The position numbers and the translations under genes were made by a program. This document shows, in pieces, positions 1 to 6,290 of a DNA stretch of 64,000 bases. This DNA is from a virus. Position 1 is the first letter of the stretch, and each line of letters starts with the position of its first letter. The stretch is taken from the IMG/VR virus record IMGVR_UViG_3300045988_116799, positions 13,506-77,505 of that record; one strand, 5' to 3'. A model generated the notes under the pieces. The model was not told where the DNA came from, searched no databases, and saw only the letters and a program-made list of their open reading frames with translations.

Positions 1-6
1 ATACTA

Positions 7-354
7 TCATTTCTTATGGGTCTTTCTTATAAACGGCAGTATGTCCCATTTCTTCCACCATCTAACATGACCTCCTACGTCTTGCTGTCCGTTTGGAATA
101 TCTCCTCTTTTTACCATTCTGTTGAGTGTAGCTTCACTGACACCAAGCTTACGTTGTACTTCTTCTTTAGACATCATAGGATTCATCAGATTCGGAAGAT
201 AGTCTTCGCATAATTCTTCTATATCTTCATCTGACATTCCACAAGCTGTTACCTTTTCTCCGTTTTTCTGTTGTTCCCACGCTTTCATACAGCTCTCATA
301 CAGAGATTTCAGAATTTGAGCCAAGGTGTAGTAATTAAAAACTTTCCTTTTCAT
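7..354 (-). CDS. HTH DNA-binding protein (excisionase/MerR-like)
   Basis: 115-aa ORF; C-terminal SKEEVQRKLGVSEATLNRMVKRGDIP..RWWKKWDI resembles an HTH_17/excisionase-type motif; motif-level call only. Confidence 0.5.
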   Translation of the reverse strand: MKRKVFNYYTLAQILKSLYESCMKAWEQQKNGEKVTACGMSDEDIEELCEDYLPNLMNPMMSKEEVQRKLGVSEATLNRMVKRGDIPNGQQDVGGHVRWWKKWDILPFIRKTHKK

Positions 355-365
355 ATTTTTCGCAT

Positions 366-872
366 TTAGAAGAAAATTCTTTTGCCTATCCTTGTTCTTG
401 TTAAGAACCAGTCAATCGTCCAATACAGGTAGAATACTCCTGTCATCACTATTATAGACATACATGACATTACCATTTCATTTGTGGTATACCACGACCA
501 GTACGTAAGGTGTATTGCATTGACACCGAAGTAGTAAAAGAACGGAATCCTGTACACCCAACACAGCCAGAAGAATCTACTGAATAGTATAAGCAAAATC
601 GGCAGCACATACAGTAACACATATATAAATGTGTAGCTGGGCCAATGCTCTGAATGCACGATAAACATTTCTCGTGGATTTTGCGAGAAGTCCCACATAG
701 CAAAGCTGTGCCACACCATTATACATATAGGTAGCCATTTAGTTATCCATTTAATAAATTTCAACAGCCTTCTTGAATAGCTGTTGCCGCTCATAATTAA
801 CAGCGAGATTACCTCGCTCACGTCCATTCCATCCATGACAGAAAGGAGTGTCTTTTTCTTTTCATCTGTCAT
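366..872 (-). CDS. Multi-pass membrane protein, function unknown
   Basis: 168-aa ORF with several long hydrophobic, Trp/Phe/Tyr-rich segments; ends 12 nt upstream of the HTH gene. Confidence 0.5.
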   Translation of the reverse strand: MTDEKKKTLLSVMDGMDVSEVISLLIMSGNSYSRRLLKFIKWITKWLPICIMVWHSFAMWDFSQNPREMFIVHSEHWPSYTFIYVLLYVLPILLILFSRFFWLCWVYRIPFFYYFGVNAIHLTYWSWYTTNEMVMSCMSIIVMTGVFYLYWTIDWFLTRTRIGKRIFF

Positions 873-890
873 AATCGTTTTGTTTATTAT

Positions 891-923
891 CTGACATCGT
901 GCAAATATAACAAAAAATGTCAG
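891..923 (-). promoter_or_regulatory. Putative promoter with flanking operator-like inverted repeat
   Basis: Minus-strand TATATTTG (plus 902-909) fits the Bacteroidetes -7 consensus TAnnTTTG ~30 nt upstream of the ATG at 872; it is bracketed by CTGACAT (891-897) / ATGTCAG (917-923). Confidence 0.3.
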
Positions 924-1020
924 AATGCAGTTATTTTGATTGTTAATTTTTCGAATTGTTAGTATATACTTGATTTATGTGATAAAAAAATACACAAAAG
1001 AGGTTTATTGTAACAATTTG

Positions 1021-1060
1021 GAAATAAAAGCCTTGCCTATCTATCACAGACAAGCAAGGC
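1021..1060 (-). terminator. Rho-independent terminator at the end of the late/lysis operon
   Basis: 7-bp stem GCCTTGC (1030-1036) / GCAAGGC (1054-1060); on the minus strand it is followed by TTTTATTTC (1029-1021). Confidence 0.55.
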
Positions 1061-1094
1061 ACATCCTAAAACAATCTAATTACCTAAAACATAC

Positions 1095-1253
1095 CTAATT
1101 ATTCCTTTTTTCAGTTGTTAAGCGTTTCTTAATAACTGAATGTTTCTTGTCAGTTGTCAAATTATCTTTGACAACTTGGCTATTTTCATACTTTGGCATA
1201 AATGCCGAGATAACAGCAAAGATACCAAAAAATATCAATATTACGTATTTCAT
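1095..1253 (-). CDS. Small single-pass membrane protein
   Basis: ORF track 1095..1292; the ATG at 1253 (MKYVILIFFGIFAVISAF...) lies just after the stop of the upstream ORF; one hydrophobic helix plus a basic tail. Confidence 0.35.
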   Translation of the reverse strand: MKYVILIFFGIFAVISAFMPKYENSQVVKDNLTTDKKHSVIKKRLTTEKRNN

Positions 1254-1254
1254 A

Positions 1255-1755
1255 TTACTTACCGAATGAAAATAGTTTATACCCGACACCAACGCCTATA
1301 TAAGGCTGTAAGCCGTTATAGGGAGTAAGCCCATAGCCAATGTTTAAGCTAATCACAAACCTATTAGGAGGTTCTTTTATTATCTTGCTTACCGTCACCA
1401 CCTCTCGTTTCTTATACACCCTTATACTATCCAATGATGGTTCATATCCGCTCACCCAGGCAGTATAGGTGCTGTCGCAATACTGTTTCTGAATGATAGG
1501 TATATTAACACCAGCACTATCTATACAGATAGGGTGCACTGTATCATGTACAATAGGCAGTTTCTTGGTCACATACCTCACCACCACGCTGTCCCTCGCT
1601 ACAGGCTTCATGTAGGGGACAGTGTCCACCACCGTCACCCTCGTTGTGTCCGTTTTTATCCGCCCTTCTATCCGCCCTTTGCCATTTTCGCAGTATAAAA
1701 GCCAATTCAGGCACAGCGAACACACCAGCACAAAGCACACAATCCACTTTTTCAT
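1255..1755 (-). CDS. Putative lipoprotein of the lysis cassette (o-spanin-like candidate)
   Basis: 166-aa ORF; N-terminal MKKWIVCFVLVCSLC looks like a signal peptide with a lipobox Cys; lies downstream of the endolysin and a TM/coiled-coil protein. Confidence 0.4.
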   Translation of the reverse strand: MKKWIVCFVLVCSLCLNWLLYCENGKGRIEGRIKTDTTRVTVVDTVPYMKPVARDSVVVRYVTKKLPIVHDTVHPICIDSAGVNIPIIQKQYCDSTYTAWVSGYEPSLDSIRVYKKREVVTVSKIIKEPPNRFVISLNIGYGLTPYNGLQPYIGVGVGYKLFSFGK

Positions 1756-1764
1756 ACCTTCTGA

Positions 1765-2151
1765 TTAATAACCATTTTGTGGGTCACGTTTCATGCAACC
1801 CTTAATTACACACTTATAGCGCTGTAGTTCAAGTTCTAACTGCGCCTTTTCCTTATTTATCTGCAAAATATCTAAATTCTGCTTTCTCACCAAATCGGTC
1901 TGTTCTGCAAACCGTTGCTCTTTCTCTTTGAGCTGTGTTTGCAAAAAGTCCATAGCCTCTCGTAAAACGTTAAATTCCACGTTGTCGGCTTCGGCTTCCT
2001 CCTTTCGGCGGTTGGTCTTTCTGTTCATGCAGTACTTAATCATTTCCCAACCACCCAAAGCAGTTATGACCGATACTACAATTTCTACTACTTGCATATT
2101 CTCCATTCCTTTTTCTAAATGATTAATTATTAATGTCATTCCCTCTGCCAC
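1765..2151 (-). CDS. TM plus coiled-coil protein (i-spanin-like candidate)
   Basis: 128-aa ORF; hydrophobic VVEIVVSVITALGGW segment followed by a charged coiled-coil-like stretch; immediately downstream of the endolysin. Confidence 0.4.
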   Translation of the reverse strand: MAEGMTLIINHLEKGMENMQVVEIVVSVITALGGWEMIKYCMNRKTNRRKEEAEADNVEFNVLREAMDFLQTQLKEKEQRFAEQTDLVRKQNLDILQINKEKAQLELELQRYKCVIKGCMKRDPQNGY

Positions 2152-2170
2152 ACCTACACCATTCTAACTC

Positions 2171-2734
2171 TCACTTGCATATCCCCAACGCTCTCTTCGC
2201 TCTCGCCAGATACCCGCACCGTTCCTTCAATCCGTTCTGACCGCCGTTTATCTTCTTCGTGATTTTCACCACGTCGTCGTTGTCTGCAAGTATGTTCAGA
2301 CCGTGCGTCTTCCACCACCACATCGAGCTTTTCACCGCACCCAAAGGCTTCTCCAGCAGCTCAGGATTCGCCATCACGTCGCCCTTGCAGTAAGCTGAGC
2401 GGTTATAAGCGTCATAATTCGAGCGTCCAGTAATCTGAATCAGACCCCTGCCACGGTACTTGTAGCCGTCGCCGTCCCTCTGTGGAGTGTTCCCAAGCAT
2501 CTTCGCCAGTTTCCCCGTATCGTACTTGTCAAAGTAGCCCTTGCTGCCCTGTTCCACCGTCCACCTCAGCTCACCGCTCTCATGTGCTATCTGAGCCAAG
2601 TAGTGAGCCATGCGCAGATAAGTGTCAATCTCGAACACTTCCGCATAGCTGTTGATATACGAGAGGAATTTGTCAATCCTGCTCGCAGCTGTAGGCATAA
2701 TCTGCAACAGCTGCACCTTAGTAACCTTTACCAT
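2171..2734 (-). CDS. Endolysin, glycoside hydrolase family 19 / chitinase-like lysozyme
   Basis: 187-aa ORF with LAQIAHESGEL..YRGRGLIQITGRSNY, motifs typical of GH19-type phage lysins. Confidence 0.8.
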   Translation of the reverse strand: MVKVTKVQLLQIMPTAASRIDKFLSYINSYAEVFEIDTYLRMAHYLAQIAHESGELRWTVEQGSKGYFDKYDTGKLAKMLGNTPQRDGDGYKYRGRGLIQITGRSNYDAYNRSAYCKGDVMANPELLEKPLGAVKSSMWWWKTHGLNILADNDDVVKITKKINGGQNGLKERCGYLARAKRALGICK

Positions 2735-2756
2735 TCTCTTTTCTTTTTTAAATATT

Positions 2757-3089
2757 TCACTTTTTTACTATATATTCTCTCCATGCATATTTGTTCCTCA
2801 GATCCAAATATATCAAGTTAGGCTCGTAAGTGTATGCCTCCCTTTCGAAAGAGACGGCTCTGTAAGCCTTGTGGCAGTCTCTGAGCATTGCCAACTTGAT
2901 TAGCCACTCCACCAGATACCAAACGTAATACAACACATACCCCATTTCCTTCATCTGGGCAGTATGTATCATTTCGTGGTTGATGTCCGTCTCCCTCATC
3001 GTGCATCCCTTGCGCACGAACAGCACTCCAAACAGGTTAATCGCCTTGAAGCCCGGAAAGGGAATGATGCTGTTATATATCACCTTCAT
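2757..3089 (-). CDS. Small HExxH-motif protein (putative zinc metallopeptidase-like)
   Basis: 110-aa ORF containing HEMIH followed by FEREAY; motif only. Confidence 0.45.
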   Translation of the reverse strand: MKVIYNSIIPFPGFKAINLFGVLFVRKGCTMRETDINHEMIHTAQMKEMGYVLYYVWYLVEWLIKLAMLRDCHKAYRAVSFEREAYTYEPNLIYLDLRNKYAWREYIVKK

Positions 3090-3141
3090 AACTCAACATT
3101 TAACATTTAACATTTAACACTCAACATTTAACATCCAACAC
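3090..3141. repeat. Intergenic heptamer tandem repeat (AACATTT-like units)
   Basis: actcaacatttaacatttaacatttaacactcaacatttaacatccaacac; a related taacatttaaca string recurs at 4305-4331. Confidence 0.5.
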
Positions 3142-3618
3142 TTACCCCACCGTGCTCCAATACGTCAGCAGCACCATCCATATCGCCGTCACCTCCGCCA
3201 TAAGCCACGGATGGTCGTCCTCGCTCCTACATGCCCAGTACACTGCATACCACCCTAATAATGCAACCACAATCCTCCAGTTCACCGTAAGACACCATCC
3301 GACGCTCGCCACAGCCGATATTATAGCACCCGTCTTATGCACCTTCCTCTCGCTCTCATCCAGGAACCTCGGCACAGCACCCACGAACATCAGCCCTGCA
3401 CAAGCCAAGAAAGCAAGGCACTGCACACCCAGTCCGCTGTCAAGCAAGCACACCATCATCATTGCACCGAATGCAATCATCACCAGCTGAAACACCCAAC
3501 CTCTCTTGCCAAGCAAGTAGTAGATAGTGCTCACCATATCCGGCACACCGTACTTATTAATCACCACGCAGAGCATCGCTATAAACAGCAGCTCTGCAAC
3601 AAAACTCAATACTACCAT
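3142..3618 (-). CDS. Multi-pass membrane protein (holin candidate)
   Basis: 158-aa ORF with four to five hydrophobic helices; sits upstream of the endolysin in the same operon. Confidence 0.4.
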   Translation of the reverse strand: MVVLSFVAELLFIAMLCVVINKYGVPDMVSTIYYLLGKRGWVFQLVMIAFGAMMMVCLLDSGLGVQCLAFLACAGLMFVGAVPRFLDESERKVHKTGAIISAVASVGWCLTVNWRIVVALLGWYAVYWACRSEDDHPWLMAEVTAIWMVLLTYWSTVG

Positions 3619-3710
3619 ATTCTTAAAGTTAAAAGTTAAAAGTGAAGAGTGAAAAATCCATGTGCTCTCTTAACTATCGGATTCTTCACTTTTCACTCTT
3701 CGTTTTTCAC

Positions 3711-4304
3711 TTAAACACTCATTTCCAGCATCTTTGGATAGCCTGCGGTATAATCATACCCAAGTACCTCCTCAACCGTGCTCATTTCCGCTACCGCCTT
3801 CTTGTGCGCAGCCGTAACGTTGAAGCACTCAAGGGCATACATCTCCAGTGCCGAGAGCAGCTGTATCGCCTTGTCGCACTCCACCACCAGCTTCACATCG
3901 CCCAGCCACAGCGTCGTTGTAGCCTGTCCCATGGCCTTCGCAATGGTCGTCGAGTTCATCAGTCCTACACGCGTAGCCTTGTCGAGCCACACACGCTGTC
4001 CGTTGAGGATAAAGCCGTTGACGGCAGAAGACGTGTCATGCTTCTCAATCTCCGCAAGCACCATCTTCTGTGCGGCAGCAGTAAGAGCTGCCTCCGAAGT
4101 CATGCCGCCAGTCTCCAGGCGCACACCGTCATACACCCACACCTTGCGTTCCACCACAGCCCACATGTCTTTCAAGTCAGAACTAAAAGTTTCCGGACGT
4201 TCTATTTGCGTCTTCTCCTGACCGTTGATAAGCAGCAACACAACACCATCGCCAACAGTCAATCGTGGCTGTGCCTCGCTAAAATAATATTTCTCCATAA
4301 TCAA
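3711..4304 (-). CDS. Tail-fibre-associated protein (DUF4376-like C-terminus)
   Basis: 197-aa ORF; LSALEMYALECFNVTAAHK..YDYTAGYP resembles the DUF4376-type domain seen next to phage fibre genes; recalled similarity, not searched. Confidence 0.4.
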   Translation of the reverse strand: MIMEKYYFSEAQPRLTVGDGVVLLLINGQEKTQIERPETFSSDLKDMWAVVERKVWVYDGVRLETGGMTSEAALTAAAQKMVLAEIEKHDTSSAVNGFILNGQRVWLDKATRVGLMNSTTIAKAMGQATTTLWLGDVKLVVECDKAIQLLSALEMYALECFNVTAAHKKAVAEMSTVEEVLGYDYTAGYPKMLEMSV

Positions 4305-4331
4305 AATAATTTAACATTTAACACTTAAAAT

Positions 4332-5717
4332 TCAGCATTCGATATACTCCATCTGATTAGTCGAGCCTTCAAAGATATATCCGCACTCGTCCACAATCCT
4401 CACGTCCTCCAACGGCAGCAAGGTCTTCTTGCCATATTCCTTCTCTGCTTCCACCATCCACGCCACGATACCCATCATGCCACCATGCACCTCTCTGGCT
4501 ATTGTCTTGCCCGTCAGCTCACCATCAGCAGTCACCTCCGGCATACCGATAAGCATCTTTATCCAATTAGGTTCGCCCGTTTTCTCGCTCTTGCGTATCT
4601 CGTAGTCGAAGACAGTGAACGCCTGTCCGCTACGTGCCAACTCCAGTGGCTTTATATTCGGAGCGTCCATCTTGCGGTCTATGCGTATCTTCTTTGTCAG
4701 TTCTCGTAGCTTCATATCTTTCTCAATTTTCACCATCTCTCCGAATCCGTCAGTATGACGCATCAGTCCGAAGTAGCTGCCCCACGAATTATCGTTATTG
4801 CACATTCTCGCTCTCAATAGCGTGTCTTTGCGTATAAGGCAATAGCCCTTGTTCGAGTCCGTCACGCTCTTGTCGTTGTTGCGTATCACCCTATAACCGC
4901 AGAAGTCAATCCCTCGCTTGTCGTTGATGTCGGTAATCCTTGTATCGCCACGCTTCGCCCTCATCTTCAGCTCATACCACCAGTACTGCCTTATCCTCCA
5001 CTTCATCCGTTGCGCTTCCTCCCTTGTTCGGCAAGCCACCATGCAATTATCTGCATAGCACAATCGCCATTCAGTGTTTCGGCACAGCCACTCATGGAAT
5101 CTCAGCATCAGTATATGGTGAGCAAGCGGACTCGTCGGTGTGCCTACAGGCAGTTGCCCGTCAACAAAGCACAACTCCACGGCAAAGTCTATCAGCCACT
5201 TGTCACCAATAAGGTATTTCAGCTCCTTGCGCAGCACGCTCGGCTTCACGTGCATATAGCATTTTCGTTGATCGGCAGTCACTACCCAGTCCATTTCGCG
5301 CAGATCGTAAAACAGGTGCTTCACTCTTGGAAGAACATAGTTGCTTTTCAGCTCCTTGTGCTTTGCCGACGGAGTAATACCGCACCCTTCCTTGCAGTTA
5401 AGCGACACCAACGGGTCGCGTCTGCGGTATATCGGCTCCAACTTGTTCTTCAGCAGATGTTCATACACTAAAGTTCTGAACGTAGGCGCGTCGATATGCC
5501 TCACCTTCTTGTTGTTGTTCACCTTGGTCAGCTTCCAGTACTTGATGTCCTCATGCCAGCTTCCATCTTTGAGATGTTGTTCAATACTTGCGCATAGCCC
5601 TTTTACATCCTTCAATGCCTCCGCCACCTCTGGGCGTTTCTTTCTGCCCTTAGCGGCACTCTCCACTGCTCTGAGGTAGTCGTCAGCAACGAAGGGTATG
5701 TAGTTGGGTCTATGCAC
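4332..5717 (-). CDS. DGR reverse transcriptase
   Basis: 461-aa ORF with a GTG start. RT motifs: TADQRKCYMHV (A), GQLPVGTPTSPLAHHILM (B), RLCYADNCMVA (C), DFCGYRV (E). Lies 226 nt downstream of the TR on the same strand. Confidence 0.9.
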   Translation of the reverse strand: MHRPNYIPFVADDYLRAVESAAKGRKKRPEVAEALKDVKGLCASIEQHLKDGSWHEDIKYWKLTKVNNNKKVRHIDAPTFRTLVYEHLLKNKLEPIYRRRDPLVSLNCKEGCGITPSAKHKELKSNYVLPRVKHLFYDLREMDWVVTADQRKCYMHVKPSVLRKELKYLIGDKWLIDFAVELCFVDGQLPVGTPTSPLAHHILMLRFHEWLCRNTEWRLCYADNCMVACRTREEAQRMKWRIRQYWWYELKMRAKRGDTRITDINDKRGIDFCGYRVIRNNDKSVTDSNKGYCLIRKDTLLRARMCNNDNSWGSYFGLMRHTDGFGEMVKIEKDMKLRELTKKIRIDRKMDAPNIKPLELARSGQAFTVFDYEIRKSEKTGEPNWIKMLIGMPEVTADGELTGKTIAREVHGGMMGIVAWMVEAEKEYGKKTLLPLEDVRIVDECGYIFEGSTNQMEYIEC

Positions 5718-5943
5718 GTTAATAATATGTTTTGTGCGGATTGCTCCGTTGTTAATAATCAGTGTCGGGCTAAAAAGTTGACGGAACTGTCTGCCCGTCA
5801 GAATGTCTCTCGGTCACGTTCGCCGCATCACGTACAGCCATCGTGCTACGCTCACATCCCTTGTCTTTGATATTTTCTGCTTCTCCTGAGCGAGAGTGGT
5901 GTTCCCGTGTTATTGGTTCTGCATCATTTATGATGCCCGACGT

Positions 5944-6051
5944 TGGGCAGAACCGCCATTATTCACGTTCGTATTAGCAGCCGAGTTGTTCGCATTCAGA
6001 TACCGAGGCGAACAATTCGCATTATTCGCATTGCCACGAAAGCGCACGGCT
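5944..6051 (-). repeat. DGR template repeat (TR)
   Basis: 108-nt gap-free alignment to 6310-6417; all 12 mismatches are plus-strand T in the TR (A on the transcribed minus strand). Confidence 0.9.
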
Positions 6052-6238
6052 CGGAGACACCAACCTCTTTAGCCATCATCTATATGGATAGCGTCACCTC
6101 TCATGCAGGCTTCAGAGGCTTCGGCCCTCATGCCGAGCTTGTTCTGGTTTTGAGGAAATATTTTGTCTTGATTCATTTTATTCTATCTTTTAAACCACTA
6201 TAAAGTTACTAATTTTGTTTCTGATTGCCAAAGACATG

Positions 6239-6255
6239 GCGCGGTTGCACCGCGC
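6239..6255 (-). promoter_or_regulatory. GC-rich hairpin downstream of the VR (candidate DGR target-recognition structure)
   Basis: GCGCGGT tgc ACCGCGC: 7-bp stem, 3-nt loop, ~36 nt past the target-gene stop; no U-tract follows on the minus strand. Confidence 0.5.
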
Positions 6256-6290
6256 TGCACAACGTTGCACTAAGTTGCACCCGGCTGCGC

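Noticed and set aside
6069-6176. 35-codon ORF between the VR hairpin and the TR, considered as an Avd candidate
   Set aside because: It is far shorter than the ~110-130-aa Avd proteins and not notably basic or helical. It is probably part of the non-coding DGR RNA 5' region.
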